From an uncultured virus (IMG/VR IMGVR_UViG_3300035686_000079) (lineage: Duplodnaviria > Heunggongvirae > Uroviricota > Caudoviricetes): a stretch of DNA of 33,177 nucleotides. The notes under the pieces are model-generated. The model made no database searches. It was given only the letters and a program-made list of their open reading frames with translations, and had not been told where the DNA came from. The position numbers were made by a program, and so were the translations under genes. This document shows positions 1-12,000 of this stretch, one piece after another. Where the stretch lies: the IMG/VR virus record IMGVR_UViG_3300035686_000079, one strand, 5' to 3'. Position 1 is the first letter of the stretch. The number at the start of each line of letters is the position of its first letter.

Positions 1-2
1 GT

Positions 3-3000
3 AAATCAATTGGTGAATTGTTATTTGGTTTCACGGGTATCCCTCAAGTCATCGAAACATTTAAAGAGAACCGGAGAATCTACAAACGATCGGAGCAAGT
101 AGCCCGTCGAGCCAAGCGTTTGGGCGACCAAGATAAAGAGGAGCTAGAGGCATTACTCTCTGCCAGACGCCGAGGTTTGGCGGCTTTGATGAGCAATGAA
201 GGGTTTACCTACTCTGACGACTTCAAGTCAAACGCTCCACGAGGAATGAAGGAGTTCTTCAAGGAGAAGGGCATCGACACGAAGCAGCAGCAGATGCTGG
301 AGAACTTTATAACGAAGACCAGGAAGTTGGAACGATCGTTTGCTCCAGCAGATGTTACCGAGACATTTAAAGCCCTGTCTGGGCTGGCAGGGAAATACAG
401 GAGCGAGGTTGTCCGAGCGGAGGATGGATTAAGTGAAGGGATGTTCCGATTCCGTGAAGCTATCTCCAGTGCAGGTTTTGGTGGTGATGCCGAAAGAAGT
501 TTACTTTATAAGTTACTGGAGAAAGGGCGTAGTGGCTTAACACCGCAACAAGACAAACAACTTGAAGAGGCATTCACTCGAATCGGCACAAAAATCGGAA
601 GTGTTGAGCGAATGCAAGAATCCTTGGACAAATCAGGCTTAATCAACACCGCACTCCATATTATTAAAACAGGTAAATTGGGAGGCAGTATCGACGCCGA
701 GCGCCTCGATCTAGCTAAAGCCCTAGGTGTCACTGTAGGGGCACTGAAGCGGATTGACAAAACTCCCCTGAATAACCCAATAGACCAGCTCAAAGCTAAC
801 TTTGAAGTCTTTGTAGAGAACCTGACACGCCAAGCCAAGAAGTTCGACCGATCGATTGTCCACCAATTGGAAAACTTAGACAAAGCTCTCAACACGCAGC
901 TGCTTATCCCCACACCTGTTGGCAAGCTCATCTCGCAACCTATTTTGTGGTTGTACACGAGTACCCGCGATCAGTTCCTTAAAGGGATTCGGGCAGGGGC
1001 ACCAATCCTTAGCTCGGTTGCCAGAGAGGCAAAAGATATATTTGGGTTCCCAGAGTTAACTAAGCAATTCCAGTCGATCCGCGCTCAATTTAGAGATGCA
1101 ACCAAGAGCAGCCTGCCGGATATTTTGGCAAGAAGTACGATTCCCGGCAAACGTCGGTATGGGAAGGCAACGCCGGAGCTGAGAGCTCAGTTTCAGTCTC
1201 GAATGATGGAGTCGCTACAAAAAACTCCTGACTATACTCCAGCTAAGGCGTCTCAGGTGATGGAAATCTTCCTGAAAGATGCCAAGGGAACTTCAATTGA
1301 GCAGCAACTTAAGAGCGCAGGCTTAGATCCCAAGGCGGTAGCTAAGTCCCTAGAAAAAGCACTAGGAGCGACTGAGGAACAAGTCAAGAAAATCATTGAA
1401 GACAATAATTACAGTGCCAAATTAGCGTACCCCTACCAAGTGTATTTCCTCAAAGGGTTGCCAGGGCTGATGGCAGGAGCCGCTAAGGACATCTGGAAGG
1501 TTACCAATAAGGTACTTGGTTTAGCTGGTCGAGTACTGGGCAAGCCACTGAGAAGCGTAGCCATGGACGTTATTGGCACGTTTGGGGTTGGTTTGGTAAC
1601 GCGGCTCTCTGAGTTTTCTAATAAACTAGGCGATCGCATCCAAGTTGGGCTTGAGAATTTAAGTCAGCAAAGTCGCAAACTGTTCGGACAAAACAATGTA
1701 TTTGAAAAAGTACTCAAGCGTTTTTCTGGTTTTCTAGGAAGCATGGGACGCCGCACGGGAGATTACCTATCGGAGCAAGCCAAGCAGTTACAGAGCAACC
1801 CAAAAACTAAAACTCAAATGATTATTGATGCCGGGATGCGACTGTTTCGAGGTATAGCCAATACCTTCGATGTAGCTCGCAAGGCATTGGCTAAACCCAG
1901 AGCATTATTTGGCAACTTATTTAACTCTGTTAAGCAGTTTTTTTCTAGCCTATTCAGTGGAAAGGAACTTAAGGAAGTTCGAGCGGCAAGGGAAAAAAGT
2001 AGAGCAGATATAGCTCGACATCGAACCCAGTTAAAAAATGCCCAGAACGTACCTGACTTCGATCCTCGATCTCGGCAACTGAAAGCCCAAGGAATTGCAG
2101 AGGCGCAAACAGGAATCACTTCAGCGGTCGAGCAACTTAAAAATCTAAATAAACGATACAACGAGTTAACCCGTTTTTCTCCCGGTCGTATTTATACAAA
2201 AACGACTAAATGGTTGGGTTTGTCATTCTTAAAGATGAGGAAAGGACTGGAGAAGACAGCTCGGACGATCGAACAACAACAAGTTGACGTTACTACGAAA
2301 GTGCCACTCCGGCGACGTGGATTGAAAGACGGTAGTGCAATTGGAGTTCGAGGGCAAGGGCCAGAGCCTAATGCTTTATTTCCAAATGCCAACACTTTAC
2401 AAAACCTAGACACGCAAGTTGACTTCCTAATTAAGAGCATCGAACAAGTTCAGCCGCTAACGAATAAGGCAATGGCTGGTATGGTTCGCATCGGTCAAAA
2501 AGCCGCAGTGGGAGTTGGCAATTATTTCTTCAACTCTGCACAGCGAGCCAAAGATGCATGGATAGCTGCTCAAAATGCCCTGACTGGAAGCAAGTGGCCC
2601 AAGTGGATGCAATTCGCCTACAAGACAGGGCGTAGCTTGGTTGCAGCGCTTAACCATGGTGCCGCAGATCGCACTGCTGAGGCTTGGCAAAGAACGCAGC
2701 AATCTACTGCACAAAACATGCAGCAGATGACACAAACCGCGCAAGCAGCGGGGCAACAAATTAGCTCTCACATGCAAAAATCAGTGGGGCGTGTGGGCAC
2801 GTTTTTCTCTCAGTTAACGGGTAGCGTTGGAAATGTAGGTAAGGCGGGAATTGCTATTGGAGGTGCTGTCACCGCCGTAGGGTTTGCTGCACAAACCGCA
2901 ACATACTCGCTATCCACAATGGGTTTGGTTAGCGAGGAGACATCCCAAAATCTCAATAAGTTCTTCGAGATATTTAGCCTGCTTGGTGCTATTGGTGGCG

Positions 3001-6000
3001 TGGCAACACCCGTTATAGCAGCACTGGCTTCTTCAATGGGGGCATTAGGCTCTGTTGCCGTTTTTGCCGCCACAACCGTCACGGGCATAGGAAGCGCCAT
3101 AGCTGGGGTTGTCGGTCTAGGTAGCGTGGCATTTGCGCCGTTGGTGCTGGGGGTCGGTACGATCGTCGCGGCAGTACTAGGCTTGTACCTGGCATTCAAA
3201 AACAATTTCCTAGGTATCGGCAACATTGCCAAACAGGTTGGGGCAACCTTAGCCAGTGTGTTCTCCGGTCCTATCTCCTTAATTGAACGAGCATGGAGTG
3301 GTTTTGTAGGTAATTTCGGCGGTAAGCTGATGCCGATCGTTCAACCAGCAATCGACGTAGGCAAAGGCATTGTAGGGGCGCTTAATCATGGCAGTGCCGA
3401 TCTTACTGCTGAAGCTTGGGATCGAACTCACGAACGAGTGAGTGGAGTATTTGGTGGGTTACTGGCAGGCGCTCAAAGCGTTGCTGGCTCGATCGGTTCT
3501 GCCTTGCATTTAGGAGGTGCAGCGGTCGGAAGTGGTGGAAAACACGCCGTTGAAGTAACCCATCAGGCTCCAGAACAACTTCCCGCAGGAGACAAGGGTA
3601 TCCTGTCTGGAATCTCACGGGTATACCACAAAGTCGAAAACCTCGTTCATCTCTTCCAAGAATCAGTTCACTTCTTAGAAGACATCACTAAGTTAATTCG
3701 CCTGATGCACGCGCATCACTTGATTACAACGGCGACAGAGGTGGGACATGAAATTGCCATCAGCATCAAGAGGGCACTAGGACAGCCAGTTGCAGCTGCA
3801 TCAGGTCACGGACATGGTGGACATGACTTAGGAGCAACTCAGGCAGGGGCACAAGCGGCAACAACGTCAGGTGGAAAGTTTAATACGGTAAAGCGAGTCG
3901 GAATTGCTGTTGGCAGCGCCGTAGGGGCAGTAGGGGTTGGCACTCAAATTATCGGGCACTCACTTGAAAGTTTGCACGTTTTAGGTGAGGAGCAAGTAAA
4001 ACTTATCGATCATTTCGGTGAGGTGTTCACGATCATCTCTGCGATCGGCAATATTGGTATTCCTATTTTTGGAGCTATCGGTGATGGCATCAAACTAATA
4101 GGAACCTCAGTTCCCGGTGTTGGTAACGGGTTGACACGACTACGTGGTTCTATAGCTCAAATTGGCACAACTCTAACAACATTAATGGGAATTGAATCAA
4201 TCGCATTCGCCCCATTACTACTATCCATCGGCGCTATAGCAGCTGGCGTTGCAGCGCTATACCTAGCCTTTAAAACGAATTTCTTAGGAATCAGGACGAT
4301 CGCTACAGCAAGCGTTGGTGCAATTCAAGGAGCATGGTCAGGCTTTGCCACTTGGTTTGGCTCGTTACCTTTGGTTGGGCAAGCTACTTCCATGGGAGAA
4401 GGAATAGTAGGGGCGCTCAACCATGGCAGTGCAGATGCCACAGCTGAAGCCTGGGATCGAACCCACGAGCGAGTTGGTGGGGTAATGAAAAACCTAGCTC
4501 AAACTGCATCGCAGACAGCCACTGGTATTGCATCAAATCTCAACATCCAAGGCGCACAAGCCTCACTAGGCAGCGCCAAGGGAACGGTTGTCCAAGCGGC
4601 AGCACAAGCTAAAGACTCTACAACAGGGTTTATCCATCAGGTACTAGATGGAATTAAAGCTGAAATGGCTCAGTTAAATAATAACCTTACCCATTTAGTA
4701 GAGCAGCAAAATATAGGGCTAGAGAAACTAACCTCAGCTACAGAAAAAAATAATTCTCTTTTCAAGTACGTATTTTCTAGTTCGGGAATTAGCGCCTTTG
4801 TTAAAGCTTTCACGGTAGGATTCGGTGGATTCCAGATAGTCAGACTCATTCTCAGCATCAAAGAAGCTCTCGTTCACCTACGAGAACCTCTAGAGCGGAT
4901 GGGAATCAGAACTGGTTTTACTCCAGCCGCTGTAGAACCTCACAACAAATTCGGTAGAGCAAAGGCCACAATTAGCGACCTAGGACAAATAGGGAAAAAA
5001 GTTAGATCCGTTGCTAGCTTCTTGCCCCTCATTGGTGTACTATCGCCGCAACTAGCCATGGTAGGTGGAATACTAACCACAATCAGCTACATCACCGATG
5101 AATGGGCAGGCACTATCGAGAAGGTTGCTGGAAAAGCTATAAAATTCCTGCCCCTAATTGGCGGTATTGGTATTGGACTCACAGCGCTGATTGCCCTTTT
5201 GGAAGTTGCAACCCCTGGCTTTAATGTCTTAGGCGCGGTCATTGGCACTGTAGCTTTTACGGTCAAGGCATTTCTAGGCGTCTTCCAAGGAATATGGAAG
5301 GCTTTAACAGAAGGGGGTGAAACCAAGAAAACCAATCCGATCGTCGCTTACCTCAAGGATGTCATCGCAACGATCGGCATCATGGCACAGGCAGGAGAAG
5401 AGTTTGGCACAACCATCGGTTATGCACTCACTAAGGCACTGTTAAGCCCTCTCTCGCTAATCAAATCCGCATGGATGGGCTTTGTCAGCTGGTTTGCAAC
5501 TCTACCCTTAGTTGGGTCAGCTGTTTCCATAGGAGAGGGAATAGTAGGAGCACTTAACCATGGTAGTGCTGACGCTACAGCCAGCGCCTGGGAAAGGACG
5601 CACGACAAAATACTGGGGTGGTTTGGAGGAATCGGTCAATCCGCCAGTAATTTAGGAAGCGAAATTTCAGGTAAAGTAACATCTGCCTTCTCTGGTGTGG
5701 GCAATGCACTAAAAACGGGCAAAGAGGCAGTCGGAAATGCTACTACAGCAACTAAAGAGAATCTGAGCGAAGCCAAGACCAGAATTGATAACTTGTCTAG
5801 CGTCTTACCGGAGCAAGTAGCGCAAATCGCCGCAAATGTCGAACAGATTCCTTCTATCTTGATAGACGGATTTAATCAGCAGTCTGCCTTGTTGGGGCAA
5901 AACAATCTTGCAGCAGAACCAGTAAAAGATTTGCTGGGTGAGCTTACTGTATTGATGTCACTATCGATCGAAAGCATTGATCGGGTATTCAGCTCCAGCC

Positions 6001-9000
6001 AATCAATGCTCGCCTCCCTGCAAACGATCGCCGCACTGTCTAAGGGCATTGCCAGCTCAATGTCTGCCGCTACCCAATCACTACTTGTAAGAGACCAAGG
6101 GAGTACGATAAAACCTCCATTAGCTACGGGCAGAAGCTCTATTGCTGGTAAAGCAATTACGAGAATAGGTCGCGATGTCACTAAAGAGGGTTTAGCTCAA
6201 TACGAAGATCAACCCCCTCAAATCAAAGGGTTTCACCCTATAAAAAATAGGAAATTAGCTCGTGACTACGATCAAAAGATGGCTCGCCTCAGTCAGCTTG
6301 GCGAAACGCTCGGACAACAAGAAACTGGAACTCCAGAGCCAAAGGGATTCCGCCCATTTGGCGTGATAACCAAGTTAAGAAAACAGTTTTCAGGAGAAAC
6401 AGAGTTTCAAAAAACCATCCAAGAGGAAGTTCAGCGTCGAGAAGTTGAACTAGCTGACAAGATTATTCAAGGCTCTCAATCGAACTCTCTCCTCCTGCAA
6501 CGGCAATACGCAGGCATGGTTACAAAAAATGCAGAAGGAATAACAACGATTAGCCAAGAGGGGCAGGCTTATATTGAAAAAGAGCTAGCTGGTTCCTTCA
6601 AAAATCGGACAGGAGCTTTTTCTGACGAGACTCTACAAAAAATAGCCCAAAAGACAGGCTTTAAACCCAAAGACCAAGACAGGTTGCGAAGTGTAGCCAC
6701 AGCTGGTCAAAGAACGCTTGCCGATGCCTCAAGTACGTTAGGTGAAGTTAAAGTGAGCGCAGATGAGAAGTGGTTGCCTGAAGCTGCGAACTCGCTCTCG
6801 CTTCTCGTAAAAGCTTCCAATGATTTCACCACAACTTTCAATACAGCATTTAATATGATCGTCCAAAAACTTGACTTGATCGCTACATTACTTCAACCCG
6901 CCTTGGCACAACAGTACCAAGAGCAAATGGATGCAATTCGCGAAATGCTCAAGGTATATGGAGCCAAGCTTACCCCGGAAGGGCAGGACTACTTCAGCAA
7001 AAAAGTAGTTGATGCGATTACTAATCCCAAAGTACCGCCCAAGGTAAAAGCACCAATTACCGAAACACAAGCACCAAAACCTCCTAACTCAATCCCCGAC
7101 TCACTCTCAGGCGGCACACCTGTCAACCTAGAGCCAGCCACTAACACCGTTCGGTCGAACGGTGTTAGCCAGATGCTAAAAGAACAAGTAAATAAAGCAT
7201 GGGACTTCCTCCTTACTCCTCGTAAGAATGCACCTAAAACGCCCATTAAAAGCGGTGTTTCAGGCGTTGAGGAGCTACGTGCCGTTAGTTCAACAATCGG
7301 AGGAACTGTTGAAAAGACGGGTAAGCCTGTAAATTACACACCTATTCAAAAACGTCTGTCCGATAGCTTCTCAGATAAATTTGAACAACCAAAAGGGGTA
7401 CAGGCTCGACTTTCGGAACGAGTAGGCACACCTCAACCCATACAACAAGGTATTGACGCTGAATTAATTAATCCAATGGGGGCTTTAATTGAAGCACCTG
7501 AAACTATTAACAATGCGTGGAGTAAAGCATTTGCTTTCATCACCCAAGGATTAAGCGGATTAGTTGGTTTTGCCGCTAATATTGGCACGGCTTTAATCAA
7601 TTTATTGAACCACTCTCCTACAGAAAAGATTCCCAATGCCTGGGACAAAATGGTAGAGAGAATCAAAGGATTCTTGCAAAACGATCTACTGAAATTTGCA
7701 TTAGGTATTGCCGCCGCAGTAACCGCCGCCTTCGCACTAAACAAACTGACAAGCGGTGCTGGACTTGAAGGAGTCAAAGGGGGAAAGGGACTACTAAAAC
7801 TATCCTTATACGCTAACGCCGTAAATGACATAGCTGGACTAACAGGTGTAGAACTGCCTGATTTTGTACAGCCATTGTTAATGGCAACAACTATGGCTGG
7901 AGTTCTTGCAGACCTCAGCACCGAAATCATTCCTGGACTTCTCAAGTCAACTTCATTAATTGGCCCAACATTACTAAAATCATTACCATTTGTCGGCATA
8001 GTTGCTACTGCCTTTGGATTGCTATTGTTTGCGTGGAACAAAAATATTTTCAATATTCAGCAAAAAGGTGAAGCTGCCGCTAACTTTATCAAATCAGCTT
8101 GGAATGGGGCTATTGGTGCAATTTTTGGATTATTTTCTGGATGGCTAAATTTAGCCGCCCAGGCAGGCAAAAAATTAATCGATTTGCTGAACCATAGTCC
8201 GACCGTTCAAATTCCCAAAGCCTGGGAGCGAGCGGTTAATTTTATCAAGGGATTATTAGGTTCTCTCTTAACAACAGCTGCAAGGATCGGCAAGGGACTG
8301 ATTAATGTATTGATACTTCCTCTCAAGGTTGGGTTGGGTTTAATAAGCATAATTGCTGGCGTCATTTTAATGCCATTAATGCCCGTGCTAAGCGTTATTG
8401 GGTTAATCGGCAAAGGGGTTCTTGGAGTAGGTCAGGCACTACTCGGCATTGGTGCATTAGTTGTTGCAGCATTTGTCCTTCCATTTGTGGTTGCCTTTAA
8501 AGCCGTGCAAATTCTCGGTACGGGAATACTCGCAGCGATTCTAGCCCCCATCAAGACACTTCAGATAGTACTCACTGGAGTAGGGAAAGTTTTTCAGTTT
8601 ATCTGGGGATTAATAGTAAATACAGGTAGTGCGATCGCAAGCATCCTCCTAGTTCCCTTCATTGCCGTCAAGAATATCGCTAACAGTATTTTTGACTTAA
8701 TTAGAGGCATTGTCGATTCGATCGCTGGAATGGGTGATGATTTACTCAAGGGAGGGCAAGAATTAGTTGGTGCTCTTAACCCCTTCCACAAACAGCAACC
8801 AGAACCTGTAGCGGCACCAGTTGCCCCTCCACCTCCTGAGAAAAAAAGTTGGCTGAATTCGGTCAATCCTTTCCACAAGAAACAACCAGAACCCGTAGCG
8901 GCACCAGTTGCCCCTCCACCTCCTGAGAAAAAAAGTTGGCTGAGTTCGGTCAATCCTTTCCGGAAACAAGAGACAGAAGCTACTAGCACTGTTCCTACTC

Positions 9001-12000
9001 CAAGTACTGGAACGGTAACACCCGAAATAGTTGTTCCCGTCGTTCCTGCAACGACAGCCGAGACAGAAATAAAAGCAGCAAGTGTTGCTGACAACATTGC
9101 TTATAGCATCCAAGACCGCCTCGACTCTCTACAGCGAGAAGGCATCGGATTGATCGGCACTATGTTTTTAGGCGATGCGCGAGATATTGGGCAGTCTCTC
9201 GGTGTATTGGGAAGTGATGTCGTTGACTTCTTCAAGCGAGCCGCTGTGTCTATTGTGCGATTAGACCTTCCCGGATTAACCAGTGCATTTGGTGACTTTA
9301 CAAGCAATCTTGGTTATGCCGCCAGTACTATACTTGGCGCATTTGGCAGCATGACTCAAAGCGCGATCGCCTTTGCTCTAGCTGGAGGAGCAGGACTATC
9401 TCCTATAATCCTGGTACTAGGCGGGATTGCGTTTGTTGCAGCGGTTGTTATGACCAACTTCTTGGGCATACGCACTATCCTCAAGGGGATTATTCAAATC
9501 GGGCTTGGGGTCGCCCAGGTATTACATGGGGCATTTGTAGGAATTATTCAAGTCAGTCAAGCCTTATTTACGATCCTTCGAGGCATTTACCCCGCCCTAC
9601 AGGGTGACTTCAGGTTACTCGATACTGGCATTGACCTACTTAAAGCCAGTTTTGAGCTGATGACCCGACGTATTGGCGCAGGGTTGGGCAACATCAAGAA
9701 AGGGTTTGGGACAATCCTGGAAGGAATTGGTCAAGGACTGCGGCAAATTATTCCAGGCTTTGATGGGTTGATATTCAAATTCCAAGGCTTCCTGAGTTTG
9801 TTTAAGGATGGGGAACAAGCAGGAGACATGGTTGCCACCTCCTTAATCAGATTTATCAATGGGATTGGGGCAACCTTCAGAAAAACTAGCGAAAACATTC
9901 AAAAATTTATTGCGCGAATTCCACAGCTATTAACAGGAGTCATAGAGAGATTTAAAGATTTCGTTCAACCCAAAGGAACGCTATCTTGGAAGCCACTCAT
10001 CTCCAGACTGAGAAAAGAACTTATTCCTTTAGAGATTGAACTAGAGCTGATGTTTCCTCGACTCATGAAGAGCTTGCGCTCCATTGGGTCGGGTCTTCTA
10101 GCCCCATTCAAATACATTGGAAGCTTACTAAGAGGGTTCTTCAACAGGCTGGCGATCGACTTACCACTACCCCTGCGAAAAGAGTTTATCCGTGCCAGAG
10201 ATGCGCTCTTGCGCACTTGGCAGCAATTTACAAGCTTTATCAGCCGCGATCGCAACATCTTTGAGCCAATGCTCGGACGACTGCGCAGGCTTAACCGTCA
10301 GTTCACATTAATCATTGGCAGGTGGCGCAGGCAGTGGAAGAACTTCAAGCGAGAGCTAGCACAGAAAGATTTCTTGGCTGGTACGTTCCGGCGTCTCTTG
10401 TTCTTCGGTAAGGTGTGGAACCGCTACATCAACCGAATGGAGCGAGCATGGCAAAAATTTGCAGGCAGCAATCCCAACATACCGATGTTTACCTCGGTGT
10501 TTAAGGGATTAAGAAGCATGTCAAGAGCATTCCAGGTAACTGTTGAGTTCTTGCAGAAGCGCTGGGAGGGACTCAGGAATTTCCTGATTAGTACAGATTT
10601 TGTTTCTAATCTCCTGAGGGGCGTTCAGCGACTGAGTATCGGCTTCGGTCGGTTCTTGGATAATCTTCAGTTAGGGATTGTCCCTGCCGTTCGAGAAGCA
10701 TTCAGCAGTATCTCCAAGTGGTTTGAGAACTTAGTCAACACCATTAAGCAGGGAGGAAAGCCCTTTAAAGCCATTTTTGGTAACAACCTGGCTGAAGTCT
10801 CTAGCAACTTTGAGCAGTTCGTTACCAAGAGCGAAAAAATCTGGAATCAATTTATCCAGCTTTTAGGTGCCACGGCAAATATCACAGTCATCACCGACTT
10901 CTTAAGTAAGGCAAGCGACAAATTCGCTGATTTCATACCAGTAGTGTCGCGTCAATGGGAAAGATTTGCCCAGTACATTGGTAGAGTTGACATCCTAGCC
11001 TCGTTCTTCTCTACCATCAAGCAACTCAATGCCTCGTTCGGCGATACGATCGTCAACATGGCTCATTGGTGGGAAAAACTGGCCGAGAAGTTCAAGCTAC
11101 CCACGTTCCAAGACCAATTTACGTTCATCTTTGAGCTAAACGATCGCTTTGCGTCAGTCATCAACTTTATTGAAGCTCGCTGGCAGAACCTAAGGCAGTT
11201 CCTATCCGAGACAAATCTCATCCCCGGACTATTTGTGGGAGTTGAATGGTTTTCTCGGTTCTTCTCCAAGACGATCGGTTGGTTGGGAAATAAATGGAAA
11301 GCTCTTGTTGAGTTCCTTAATAAACCAAATCTCTTCGATAACTTATTCAGTCAATTGCGAGACTTTGGAAAGCAAATTCCTGCAATTGGCAAATGGGTCA
11401 AAACAACGTTTGTGCCAATTCACAAGTTCATTCAAGGCTTGATGAATGACACGGAAGGCACGGTCAACAAATCTATTGAGCAAATTCAAAAAACGTTTAC
11501 TACCCTCAAGTCTTTCATTCACGGTATTTTTGTTGATATACCTGGAACAATAGAGAAAGCTACTGACTGGATTATTAACAAATGGAAAGAATTTGTTCCA
11601 GGTATTGGCAATCCACTTGAAAAGGTGCTAGGAATAGCTCGAAAAATTGCTATAGCACTAATCAATACTCTTAACCACTCTCCCACCGAAAAGATTCCTA
11701 GTGCGTGGGAAAAAGCGGCACAAGAAATTATTGGACTGTTTAGAGATATTCTAAATGCAGCAAGACAGGTCAGAGACAAAATTGTCGCCGCTTTCACTTG
11801 GTCGGTTAACAAAATCAAAGGCAGTTTTCAGTTACTTGGTAATTTTATCGAAGGGGTTTACCTAGGAATTGCTCAAAACATGAGCCAATCTTTCTTAGAT
11901 ATGGTTCCAGGGGTCAATAGGCTATTAGCTAACATTGTCCGCTTCGGGGGAGTATTTAAGAGGATTCTTGAGCCAGTTATTCAATTAATCGCAAACCTAA

